Shown in pieces: positions 1 to 13,000 of a DNA stretch of 64,000 nt. The notes below the pieces were generated by a model. That model did no database searches. It had not been told where the DNA came from and saw nothing but the letters and a program-made list of their open reading frames with translations. The first letter of the stretch is position 1, and every line of letters begins with the position of its first letter. A program made the translations under genes and the position numbers. The DNA comes from Monocercomonoides exilis PA203 (Eukaryota; Protista; Preaxostyla), in NCBI GenBank assembly GCA_001643675.2, contig LSRY02000016.1, positions 372,001 to 436,000 of the forward strand, given 5' to 3'.

Positions 1-906
1 TGGATGAAGCGCATGCAATACGTGCTGAGGCAGGCAATAGCCCGCGGAGGCTGGAACGGGACGGTGAGACCCAACCCAATGATGTTGGGAGAATTAACAC
101 ATTGGAGAAAGGTCCTGCAAGAGAACAGACGAAGGAGTCTGAAGAGAAGAGCAAAGCCAGCAGAGTTAATGACAGACGCGTCAGAGCTGGGATGGGGTGC
201 AGTGCAAACAAAACCGAGGGAGAACAAAGAGGAGTAGATTTATGTCCACGGAAGTTGGACCTGCCAAGAGAGTGCGTTTCGATCAACGAGAAGGAGTCCA
301 GAGCAGTGTTGAGGACTTAAGAAAGGAAAGGAGCTTGGCTGCAACAACAGAAGATCGACCATATTTGTCTGAGGACAGACAATATGTCCACGAGATGGAC
401 GATACTGAAGAAGACAGGAGCGCCATCGCTCATTCCAACACTGAGAGCATTAAAGAAGAAACTGAACAGTCTAGACATTACAATACAAATGGAACACCTC
501 CCGGGAGAACAGAACACGGAAGCAGATGCACTCCGCCAGATGGAGAGATAACCGGACTACGCACTGAGAGGTAAGAAAGTTGCAGAGATATTTCAAACAA
601 TCGCACCGAGAACATTAGACACAATTTCAGAGCCCATTGCGCCGGTGCCCTGCGGAAGAGTTTGGAGGCTATCCTCCGTGAGAAGGAAGAGAGAGAGAGA
701 GAGAAATACAAGAAAACGAGATAGTGCTTGTCCACCAGTTCCTGAGAAATATTGGATGGGTGTTGAAAGAGAAGATGAACGAAGCTCAGAGGGAACTAAC
801 GATTCTGATTCTGCCAGCCCGGAGTGGGCAGACCTGGACCCCACTACTGCAGCCTGGGCATTTGACAAAGACCCTGGGGACTTTTCAGGAGTGCATGATA
901 CCGTGA
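1..906 (+). pseudogene. DIRS pol remnant: RNase H domain plus N6-adenine methyltransferase-like domain
   Basis: TDAS-x-x-GWG motif at ~170-200 and INxxE motif; in-frame TAG (235-237) and TAA (318-320); ORF 724-906 resembles the LIxPxWxxQxWxPxL end of the DIRS MT domain. Confidence 0.75.
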
Positions 907-999
907 GCGAAGATGAGAAGGGAAGGCTGGAAATTACACACAGGAGAGGTGACAAGCATCACACTGGAGAAGAAAATACTTTAGGAAGAGACCTCTTCT

Positions 1000-1890
1000 T
1001 TGCATGGGAAGAACACGTTGGAGTAAAGGTCATAGCAGCAGCAATACTATGAAATCAAAAGAGTGAAAGAGATACGTGGAGAGCGCTGCGAAGATTTAAG
1101 CGATTCCTGGATAGAGAGAGCATGGATGGCACTGACCCCCTCACAACCAAAAACGCCAAATGGATAATGGCAGAGTTTATTGAAACACTCTCGAATACGA
1201 ACCTCTCAAGCGGAGTGATTCATCAGACAGTACGGAAAGTTCTGGATTCCATTACCCTTTTTAGGGATATTGAGATTGATCGAAAGGACATAGAAATATT
1301 TCTAAAAACCTATGTGGGAGATAAGCCGAGAAGAGGCAAGAGATACAAATCAATGTGGGACTTGACAATCATTACGATATGGGCTGAAACCACAAACAAC
1401 GCAAAGGATATACGAACGCTCCAGATGAGAGCCCTCATCCTCACTATGATTTTTGGAGCTTTAAGACCAGCTGAGTTTGAGAGAATGAGAAGTGATACTG
1501 CATTATTCAGAGAGAACACTGCACTGACGTAAGTTCAGACAAAGATAACACGAGGGGAGATTTTTTCAGTCGTTATTAAAAGGCATCTTAACCCACGTAT
1601 CTATCCAGAAGAAGCGTTCCAATGATGGATAGATTATGCCAGGACAACTTTTGAAAATGAACATGTGTGGTTTGATATTAATGAGAATCAACCTGAAAAT
1701 TTGCAGAGAATAAAGGAAAAGTTAACGGCATCTCTTCGAGAGAACGGAATACCTGAAACATTCACCACATCCTCGATAAGACATAAAGTGGAAACACACT
1801 TAGCTAAACTTGAAGGTGCAGATTGGAAATAGATCAATGATCGAGCGAGCTTGACTCCAGGTTCAAGACTTAACCCAGAAAATTAAACAG
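1000..1890 (+). pseudogene. Tyrosine recombinase (phage-integrase family) remnant of the DIRS element
   Basis: RALILTMIFGALRPAE (catalytic Arg box I), QTK, FTTSSIRH (degenerate HxxR box II), W.*IND...PGS C-terminal box; interrupted by TGA 1050, TAA 1530, TGA 1623, TAG 1830. Confidence 0.8.
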
Positions 1891-2523
1891 TTTCACCGGT
1901 TCAATATACGAAATGGATCCTTGATACAATCGGTGACCCAGTACCCCCTTGGGGAGAAGCAGACAAGTCGGAGAAGGATAGTGAAAAGAAGGATATGATA
2001 AACGAGAATACAAAATCAGGAACAAAGGAATACATGGGAGAGTTATCGCAAGTGGTGGAAGAGAAACATAGCAAGAAGAAGAGTCCAAGGAATCAAGGCT
2101 CATCCCAAGACGAAAGATTCATCTACAGAACACCTAAGCTCGACATCTTGAATGTGGGAAAACAGCCCCCCCCCCCCCCCCCCTTATAATTCCCTGCAGC
2201 ATTATGGAGCTGACTGGAAGCAGACATACGGCCTCACAGAGAAAGAAGGGCACAGACCGGAGGAAGCATGGTGTGAGAAGTCAAAGCGAGAGGATAAAGA
2301 TCTTAGAAGAAACGAATTCCCGGTCGAGAACACCTCGGAAACACCCCAAGAAAGGGAGGGAGTGGAAACAGGGGCTGCACCTTCATCCGTAGGCCCTCCA
2401 AACATCCGCCGCACTTTGACGTGTTAGGCAGGAGGGTTTAAGATCATTACAAAGAAAGAAATAAATAAATATAAAATTATATAAGAATAGATATATAAAA
2501 GGGATTTCAAGACTCATTATTGA

Positions 2524-2599
2524 GGAGCAAACCTGCTCCTTGCGTTCGTAGATTCGCTCTATTGCGAATTGATAGAACGCAGTGAGACAGGTTTGCTCC
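2524..2599. repeat. 76-nt near-perfect hairpin in the DIRS 3' tail
   Basis: GGAGCAAACCTG (2524-2535) pairs with CAGGTTTGCTCC (2588-2599); inner stems TGCGTTC/GAACGCA and ATTCGC/GCGAAT; loop TCTATT. Confidence 0.85.
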
Positions 2600-3166
2600 G
2601 AGATAATTCGAATGCGGATGGAGAGACGATAAGCGGCTGGGTGCGAAGGTGAACCAGAAGTTTGTGGAGAGATGACTAGAAAAAAGGGCGAGATATAAAA
2701 GGATAGAGGAAAAGATCAACCGCCCGAAGTTACAAGAGTGCACCTAGAACCTGTATTGAGGAACAGGGAATTAATAAAAAGTTTTAAGCATGATCCAACT
2801 CATCAACGAGATTTTGATTGTTTTCACAGAAAAGAATTAAACTTTTAATTTGCAGTGTGTGATGTTTGTGGATGCTCTGCTGATACAGCAGAAAAATGGG
2901 AGGCAGAGCATATCACATTTAGTTTTCTTTTCCACGCCTCGCGAAAGCGAGAGTGGTTTTTCTTTGTGCTCCTTTCATAACACTCGACACACCGGATCCC
3001 TGTACAACATGCAGGAGATAGCTCTGAAGAGCAATATCTATTGCCTTCTAATTTTTGAAACCAAGACAAAAAAACAAAGTTGGAGGTGAAGTGAAGAAAA
3101 TTAAACATTACACACCAATGTGGTTTTTATTTTTTTGGTAATATTTATATTTCGCTATTTTTTCAT

Positions 3167-3471
3167 ATCATATTCGGAAGTGCGAAGTTTTCACTCGAAC
3201 CACCCAAACTTTAGATCAAAACTCGTTATCGAGGATCAAACCTGCTTTATTTCTTCGTTTTATCAAGATTTTTGATTCAAGAATGATTTTTAAAAGGATT
3301 TTTATTTCAAGTGAATTTTTGAAATGGGTTTATTTTAAATTCTTTTTTATAACACAAAAAATTTACCAGTTTCAATATCGCATAAACGCTTGTTAATCAA
3401 AGTTACTGATATTAATAACTTCTTCATTAATATTTTTAACTTTTCGTTTTGTCCCCACTTCCCGATATGAT
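3167..3471. mobile_element. Candidate 305-bp MITE
   Basis: 16-bp terminal inverted repeat ATCATATTCGGAAGTG vs reverse complement of CACTTCCCGATATGAT (14/16 match), flanked on both sides by TTCAT (3162-3166, 3472-3476). Confidence 0.45.
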
Positions 3472-4070
3472 TTCATTTCAAAAGTGATTGAAACTTATTT
3501 CTCGAAGAATAATCAACAATAACGAAAATATCAATCAGAAAAGTCCTTTCTCATCAAGGTGAATACATTATTAGAAAAAAAAAGTTGATAGCATTGAATT
3601 ATTTAAAATGATTGGAGAATAAAAGAAAAAACAAATCAAGAAAGTGTTTTTAAAAATAATGGAGATCCTATCAGTATATCCACATAATCTTTTTTTGATT
3701 CATGGCTTCATTTTTTGGATACGGTTGAAGGGATATTTGTTTCATTGATGCTTTCCTTAATTTCTCGCAAAATGTTCTCATTTTGATGATTTTTGATGAA
3801 TTGCTCCAAATGAAGTGAGGAAAAGTTATAATTTTATTTGCCATTCGATATTCATTTCGGCCAATCAAAAGAAACCTATATCCAAAGAAAAACAAAGCAA
3901 AAAACAAATAACCTGAAAAATTGCACCACACAAACGGAATACTCGTCAAATTCATCGAGTGATCCGTCAATAGTGAAGCATCGTATCCAACATTCCATAT
4001 CCGTTCATCTATCCCAGCTGTTGTTTTAAGGCAGTTGTGCTAATCATCTTCTTTCTCTGCTTCCTCCTTT

Positions 4071-7000
4071 TCATCTATTGCTATATCCACTCCAGCTTCT
4101 GCTCTGTCGAGTCGCAGCCTCGCTGCCTCCATCATCGCTCCTTGCTTCAAAATCGATGGCGTCTGATGCTGTGACAAACACAGCTCCTGCGGGAAACCGA
4201 CTGAAGAATTCTCGCTTCAAAGTTATCAAGCCCCACCTCTCCGATGGCGATGCAGACAAGCATGCTTTTATCATTTCTCCATATTCCTCACTCCCTGCTT
4301 TCTCGGGTTTCGGCCTTTCCCCATTCACAATTTTCTGCCCGGCTGCTTCTGCAGAATAGTCTCCAAACGGGATCTTCAGAGTCAGGCATTCCCACAACAT
4401 CATCCCCACAGAAAACACAACTGACTCCTTTGTCGCTCTCATCTTTTTTCTTCCCCATCAGCTCCGGCGCCTTCCATCGCTTGTATTCGTCTCTGCAGCC
4501 TTCATCATCCTCAAATGCCGATGAGGGTGGCGGTGAGTCTACGAATCGCTCACTCATCAATGAAACATCAGAGGATGATGTGGCAATCGTGCATGATGAA
4601 GCAATGGATGAGGAGTCCGAATCCGACTCATCAGAGCAGTCAGAGTGAAGCGCTATGACAATCACCATCTGCTCAGAGAACAGCACAATGTGCGGACTCA
4701 GATTCGCCAATGACTGAAGCGGGTTTTCCATCTCATTGAAAGAGTGCAGCGCTCCATTCACCACCCAGAACAGGATCTGTGCAGCTGTCATCTCCCGCTC
4801 CTTCAATGAACCAATCGCCATCTCCTTCTTCTCATTCTTCCCATGCACAAGCATGAATAGCGAGTCACGAAGATCCGCTATCAACTTCTCATGCGGCGAC
4901 GAGCATGCCATTCCATCCACAAGATTCGACATGGATGACGTGGTTGGGCACAGACTCTCTGATCGAACAAATGTTGAATCTGAATCAGTTGTCGAAGTGG
5001 TGGAAGTGGATGAAATGGATGGCGATGGTGTTCTCTTCTGAATCTCTTCTTCTTCAACCTTCTCCAGTGCCCACTCCGGAATCTTGTCTGAATCTCTCCC
5101 AAGGATGTATTCGGTGGAGCCGCTCTCACTTAACAAATGCTCGGATGATTCAGAATGTTGCATATTCGTATCATATGCTCTTTTCTTGATCCTCTCTTCA
5201 TTCTTCTTCTCTGCCTCCCTCTCAGCTCTTTTCCACTGTTCCTCGGGAGACATCTCCATTGTCACCATCTCAATCAGCTTCGGATCCTTCCTCACTGTAT
5301 CTTCCACAATCTCCTCCAGTTCTTCTGTTCTTCTTTTTGCTTTCTCCATCGAACAGTTGTAACCACTGCTATAATCAGAATTACAAAAAGAACAACAGCC
5401 ATTATTATAACAACCAATGGCCATGATGATTTTTCTTTGTTTCCTCCTTCAACAAGTTTTTCGTTTCCATTCACCTGTGCTTCTGTTCTGTTCTTCACAA
5501 CAAACCATTTCGTGCCCTGCCGCCTGGCTGCATCTCCAAACTCAATCCTCACCCTCACCTCTGCTGTCTCTGCCGCTCCTCGAGCTGCTGATGCTCCTAT
5601 TCTGCTGCACACCTCCTCCTCTGACACATAGTCAGATTCCACAAACTCATGCCGCTCCACTGCTTCTGCATCCCCATCCCATACGCTCACCCCAAATGAA
5701 AGATTGCACGGAATTAGCAGTCGCCCCACAAACCTCACCTCCAGCTCCTCCCCTGCTCCCCTCATATGCGCCTCCTCCACAACTGGCACAAACAGCGCCC
5801 ATCCCCTTTCCCCTGCAACCCCTTCCAGTGTGCACCCTTCACTCAGAATCCACAGCGAGCTGTTCTCCTTTGCCCCATCCCCTCCTTTCAGGCTCACAAC
5901 ATTAACCTTTCCCAAACCGCTGCACACCACATTCCGCCGGATGGATCTGTACTTCTCCACTGTCCCATTGTTGTTCTCAAACATCCCCATCTCAATCCTC
6001 ACATCCCCACCATCCACCCCAGCCCCTCCACAGCTGCTGTTTGCAATTACTGTGTCTTTCATCCGACTGCTGCAATTCTCCATCTCAACAACTGATCCAT
6101 TCCAAAAGCATATCCCTTCCTCCGCTCCCTCCCAGTTTGTCTTCTCCAACAATCCACATCCATCAAACGTACAGCTGTCAAATGCAATGCTCGAAGCACA
6201 CAAAACCTTCACTCCACTCCCTCTTGCCGATTGCGATGTGCATCTTCGGAATGTGCAGTTCACAATTTCTCCCATCTCTTTCCCTTCCCCAGCTCTTAGC
6301 AATATGCACGATGCTCCTCCAGAGAGGCGTGTGATGTTTTCAAAGCTGCACGATCCAATTCGCGGCAACAGCTTTGCTCCAGAGCAAATGATGCTCCCAT
6401 CTTCCACGCTAATATCCGCCACGCTCACATTGTTCACGCTCGTCTCTTGCTCCGGCCCTGATGCCTCGATCACTCCCTTCACTGTTTCCAAGAATCTGAG
6501 ACCTGCAACCTGAACGCTTGACACAGCACAGCCACCGCCTCCAATCCATATCAGCGAGAACCTAATTCTCGCCTTCCCATTCTCCTCCTCCCCATTTTGC
6601 ATCGTGCTGAACGTACACAGCCGTATCCTAAGCATCCCGCTCTGTACTTCAATCAGCCTTGCATGGCTCCATTCTGCTCCTTCTGCAAACACAAACCCCA
6701 ATCCTGTCACCTCCACATTCCTCTGTGTCGCAATAACCCCTTCCCTTCTCTGCTCTTCAATTCCCTTCACAATTATTTGCGCCATGTCGCCTCCGCTCGA
6801 CAGAACCCTCATCTCCACAAAATCGCACTCCCTCTCAATCACACTCTCTTCCTCCACAAACATCTGGCTCACATAATCCCATGTCACATGCTCCACCCCA
6901 TAGTCGATCGATCGGCATGGAACTTCAGGCATTCCACACGATCTCTCATTTTTGCCTCCCTTCTCTCTGCTGCTCGACACCACAATCGTGTCCGACTGGA

Positions 7001-10000
7001 ATATCGTAATGATTCCCATCAGATCAATCGCCTCCACTGTGTGCTGTGTCCTGTCCATCCCACACATCCCGTTTTGACGCATATACACACTTTCCCGCAG
7101 ATCCAACCGGAACTGTGTCTCGTTGATCTGGTTCTCGATGCTGAAGCACTCCACAAATACATCCCGTCCCAATGCTGCATCATTTCCACGAAACTCCATG
7201 CTCCGCAGCTCAAAGTCCAGCTCCCCTGTCACTTCAGAGTGCAGATATAGCCCTCCTCCCTTTCCTCTCTCTGCAGAACATCCACTCTGCTTTATTGTCG
7301 ATTCGCTCATCCGCAGCCACCCCCCTTCGTTCAACGAGAAATACACAACCCCTCCTTTCTCGCTTTCCGACGATTTGCACGACTCAAACACGCACCCGCT
7401 CACATTCACACAAATCCCGCCATCGCACTTACACTCAACAATCCTCGGCCTATTCCCTTGCCCTGCCACAAACAAAAATGTCGAATTTTCCATTTCAACC
7501 ACACTTCCCTCATCACCGTTTCCAACATCACCATCCACAACTTGAACAACTGCCCCATCTCTAATTCTTCCCGACTCCACACGCATTCCAAGCAGAATGC
7601 ATCTGCACCCTCCATTCACCTCAAATAATCCTTTCCCTCCATTCATGCTCCTCGACTCCAGCTCATCCGCCCTCAGCTCTCCATTAAACATCCTCACAAA
7701 CACACTCCCTCCTCCTTCCCCTTCTCCTCCCTCTGTGCCCTCTCTTGTCTCAAATACACACTTATCCAGCCAAAGTGTTCCTCCATTGTTTTCAACTGCC
7801 CATCCTCGTCCGTTCTCAAACCCTGCTGCCATGCACACACTCATCTCCTTCAGCACAAGCATCTTCGTGTTCACAATCACCCCTCTGCCTCTCTTCTCTC
7901 CATCTCCTCCAAACACCAGTGCAGATCGAGGCAGCTTCTCCTCTCCATTCCTCCACCTCTCCACACTCAAGCTCGACAGATCCCACTCATCCTCCACTCC
8001 CACCTCTCTTCTGATCATAACCCTTTTCTCCTCATTCTCTTTCTCAATCTGCTTCATCCCTTTCCACAGCGTGCCGCACGGATCCCTCTCGCTTCCACAT
8101 CCCATCACATCAAACCCATCCTCGCTTATGTACACCACCCCCGACCAGTACTTCACCACAAGTCGGAGCAGATCCGTCTCTCCAAGTTTCTCATCCTTCC
8201 CCACAAACAAGTTCTCATCCTCTTTCAATTCTCCATATATTACTCCAAACGACTGCTCGTTCACCGTCTTGTTCAGATCCACTCCTTCTATGTATATCGC
8301 CTTCCCTCTTGCTCCTCCAACCGTTCCCTTGAATTCCGTGCCTGCAAAACGCAATCCATCCTCTTTCAACCCTTCCCTGCTGTCCACATATATCACCCCT
8401 CCACACCCTTCCTCCCACTCCCATCCGCACCCTTCAAAATAGCTATTCGATATCCCAAACGTATCCTCTCCTTTCAGCTTCACTCTCATCACCCCTCCTC
8501 CTTCCCCATCTCCATCCCTTCCATCCCTTCCATCCCCTCCAACCCTCTTCACATCCTCAAACACACACCCGCTCATCTCCACGCTCGAGCAAAATTCAAA
8601 CGCCACTGCCCCAATCTCCATTTCTTTCACCAAACATGAAACTGCCATCACTTTTCCCCCACTGCTCTTCACCATGCTATATTCCACTATCCCTGCTCCC
8701 TCCACCTCAAACTCACACAAAACCAGCCACAACTCCGCATTCCCTCCTCCACTCCACACAACCTCCTTCTTCCCCTCTTCAAGTCTCACTGGCACAACCA
8801 TCCTCACCCTCTCAACATTCAGCACCTTTTCGTTCTTCACCACCCAGCTCTCCCCATCTCCTTCGATCTTTTCCCTTATCTCAACAACACTTTTTCTCCT
8901 CTGCCGAGCTCCCTTCCACCTTCCATCCGGACAGATCTTCCACCTTCCTTATCCCGACCATATCGATGACCTCCATCTCAATCATCCCATCCTCGTTCTC
9001 TCCATGCTCAACCCCTTTCTCAAACGACTCGCACGGATACTCCTCTCGCCCACACCCCATGATGTCTGCCCCATTGCTCCCCACCACAATCCTTCTTGAG
9101 CGATATCCCACCAAAAAATACATCAGATCATGCGCCTTCTCCGAAAACCGCCCTTCATCCCTGCCCATCATCCTCACACCTGCCTCGCCTCCTTCTTTCA
9201 CCAGCTCCAGCTCAAACCGCTCCCCAACAACACTCTCCTTCAGATCTCTGCACTTAACAAACACATCATCCCCTTCATGAGCCGCATTCCCCTCAAACAC
9301 CATCTTCGATATTCCAAACCTGTTCTCACAGTCTGCATGGATCCACATAAACACCCCACCTCCTCTCCCTCCTGTCTCTTCTGCCCTGCAATTCTTCACT
9401 GTGCAATTCTTCACCAGCACTTCGTCTTCCCCACTCATCTCCCAGCTTACCGCCCCGCCATCTCCCCTCCCTGAGCAGCACCCAACAAATTCACACTCCT
9501 CGCTCAATTCCACCTTCCTTCCATCCATCACCCTTATCACTCCCCCACTCCCACCCCAGCAGTCCCGCGCCTTCATTCTCTTCACCACTATCTTCGTCCC
9601 TTTCTCTCCAATCACCAGCCCACCCCCATCTGTCCTTGCTCCATTCATATTCACATCCTCGCACAACAACCCCCCTCCCTTCATAGCACACATCCCCCTT
9701 CCATCTCCAAATTCCATCTGCTCCACACTCACCTTCTTCAGCTCCACTGACCCTCCTCTCCCACAAACAATCCACATGTTTGTCTTCCTCTTCTCTTCTC
9801 CTTTCCCTCCAAACACACACTCCACAACATGAACCTCTCCCACTCCCATCTCAAAAAGCTCCGAGTGCGCAGACTTCTCTGCCACTTCAAACTTGATCCA
9901 CTCAATCGTCAGCGTCGTCGACCAGCTCCCCACCATCACACACACTTTCCCCCTTTCCCCCACCACCACCTCCGACTTCGCCACCTCGTCTCCTCGGATC

Positions 10001-13000
10001 GTCAGCGACTCTCCTTCTCTCCTGATCTCCTCCCCAAGCTCGCTCTCCTCCATGATATGCAGAATCGTCTTCTCCTTCCCCAGCTTCTCATACCCTCCCT
10101 CCACCGTGTTGCACGGCAGCTCATCGCTCCCGCAGTTTTCCTGCCCAGTCACAGTCCTGTTCACAAAGATGATGTCTCCCTTCGGCGGAAACAGATATTT
10201 CAGCAGCGTCACATCGATCCCCGCATTCCCCGGATCCACCACCCACATCGTGTTGTTGTACTCCTCCCCTTCCTTTGCCGACCCCTCCCACTTCCTCCGA
10301 TCAATCACCACTCCTGGCTCTCTGCACACCAGATACACATCCACCCCAATGTGCCCTTGATTCCCTTCAAACACATCCTGCCTCATCGAGTAGCTCACAT
10401 CCACATCTTCAAACTCCATGAACAGCCCTCCTCCCTTCCCTCCGTTTCCATCCACTTTGCTCTCCCGCACTTCGTTCTCCTCAAACACCCAGCTCCCTCC
10501 TTTCCCCACACGAACATGCACACTTCCCCCTTCCCCCGTTCCGCTCTCGCACCGAATCACACTCACAACGCATCTCTCCACCACACACTCCATCCCTTCT
10601 CCCACACTCCCCACAATCACTGCCCCATCCCCTTCCATACGCGTCACCCCGCTCACATTGCTTTCTGCCATCCTCACGCTGCTCGTCCTATCAAACTCCC
10701 ACACACAGTGATCCCCAAATGTCACTCCTCCGCTTGCCGATGTGTTCCCCACCTCCAACGACGACCCCTCTCCAACCCATATCAGCCCTTTCTTTCCTCC
10801 ACTCGCCACTCTCTCAACCACAACCCCTTCAACACTTCCTTTCGATCCCTCTCGCAATTCAACCATGCTCCCACTCTCAAACTCCTGCTCCCTCACCTCA
10901 ACACTCTTCAGCTCCATCCTCCCCCCAACACACACCACAAAGCTGAACCCCGCTTTTCCACTCCCCATCCTCATTCCGCACCTCTCCATCACCAATCCCG
11001 ACAGCCGGCTCACCACCACACTCCGCTGCCCTCTCACAAATGTCTTCTCCACCACAAACACCACATCTGCAAACCCTGTATCCTTCCTCGTCTCTATCAC
11101 CCCTTCGCTTTCTTCTCCCAAATCTCCTCTCACTTCGTATTCTCTCCTCTCTTCACACCCCTTCACATCCATCTCTTGCGTCGATATATCAATCACTGAG
11201 CAAAATGCAAATCCCCTCTTCAGCACTATTTCTGCTTTTCTCCCGAAAAACCTCGCCCTCCCGCAGTGCTCCATCGTCGCACACCCAAACCACTCAAACC
11301 CACACAACGAATAGTCCATTCCTCTTTCCCCTTCCACGTACCCTGGACTTCCCCACTCCTGAACAAACACCCCAAGTGGAACTCTCATCTCCTCTGCCTC
11401 ATCATACCCCACAAATTCCAACCCATCCAGCTCCCCACCTCCCACATCCACCTTCAGTCTCTCCGAACTCACAACACCCCCCAGTCCTCTCCCTCTCACA
11501 AACATCTTCCGGCCCACCCATGCCCAGCACTCCTCAAGCTCAACTTCTTCAATCTCAAACCCATCTGCCACACTGCACTCCATGAACATCCACCCTCCTT
11601 TCCCTTTCGTTTCCTTTTCTGCACAGCACCTCTCCCCCTTGCAGTTCCCCACAATAACATGCCCTTTCCCTTCAATACACACCTTCAGCGCTCCCCCTTC
11701 CTCATTCGCCCTTCCATCCACATCCGTCATGTTGCACCACAAAAACTCCAGCTTCCCTCCAATCACACTCGACACAATGCACGCCCCATTCCCCCCCAAG
11801 CACCCAACACTCCCAAACGAACAGTTCCAAAACTCCACCCCACTTCCCTCAACCCTTCCTTCTCCTCCTGATTCAAATCCCAGATCAAACATTGGCTCCT
11901 CCACCACAAACCCCTCAAACCGTGTTTCTTCCACCTTCAGCACTTCCCCGCTGAAACGGATAATCGCATACCCCACACTTCCTTGCACCCCGTCCTCCAA
12001 TCCAAATCCACACTTCCTAATCCAAAGCTCACCGCCTTTCGACTGACAATTCATCAGCTCTGTGACCCCTCCCTCAAATCTGCTTGGCATCTTCACATCC
12101 AGCCACTCCAACTCCGTCACCCCTTCCGTCTTTATCGCTGCGCTCCATTCCCCGCTCAGCATCCCTCTCACACTCATCTCCATTGCAATCTCCCCCATCC
12201 CTCCCAACCTCGCTCCGCTCACATCCACCTCTTCTCTCAGCTCTGACCCTCCTGTCAGCACCACCCACTTCTCCCCATCCTTCCCTGCATGCCCAAGCCC
12301 ATACTCCACTGTCATGCATGGATATGCGCTCATCCCGCAATACACCTCATTCCTCCCTCCCTCTTTCCGAACTTCCACCCTCCCTGACACATATCCCGTG
12401 ATAAACACATACAAATCCGTATCCTCCCTCATCGCCTTCCGGTCTCGCCCAACCAGCGAGTTCCCCCTCTCCCTAATCGACAATCCAAACCCAAACCTCA
12501 AAGGAGTCACATACTCGCTCAGCTCATCACATATCACATACACATCTCTTCCAGCTTTTCCTCCGTTCCCTGCAAACTCCACATCCCCAAACACAACTCC
12601 ATCCCCTTCCACCCCCAGCTCCACAAACACTCCTCCCCCTCTTCCTCCAACCCCTTCCTGTTCCCCTGCTTCACACATCTCCACCACACTCTTCTCCCCA
12701 CTTTCCCCACTTTCCCCACCCTCCCCTATCTTCACCCTTCCCCTTTCTCCACAACCACCTTCATCATCCCCCATCCCCTTTCCCGCTTCTGCACCTGCTC
12801 GCTTGAACATTCACCACCTCCACACTCCCTCCGCTCCCCACAACCCCATTCACACCAACCCCATCTCCTTTCCCTGCTCCTATCGAACTCATGTTGCACC
12901 CACTCACCTTCACATACCCTGCCCTTTCGCTTCTCACCACACTTCCTTCTCCAAGCACACACTCATTCGCCTTCGAATTGTTCATCTCCAGCCTGCTTCC

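Larger units (their letters stand above)
1..2770 (+). mobile_element. Degenerate DIRS-like (tyrosine recombinase) retrotransposon, 3' part; 5' end lies outside the window
   Basis: Collinear RNase H motif LMTDASELGWGAV...HGSW...SINEKESRAVL...LRTDNMS, then a DIRS methyltransferase-like tail (VLKEKMNE...ILILPARSGQTWTPLL), then a tyrosine recombinase. Multiple stops and frameshifts. Right boundary approximate. Confidence 0.85.

Noticed and set aside
235-1832. In-frame TAG/TAA codons in the DIRS ORFs suggesting TAR=Gln recoding as in some oxymonads
   Set aside because: Conserved host genes here (SSNA1, LIM, RPEL, ribokinase, WASHC4) end at TAA and have no internal TAR codons; the element also has TGA stops and frameshifts, so decay explains them.
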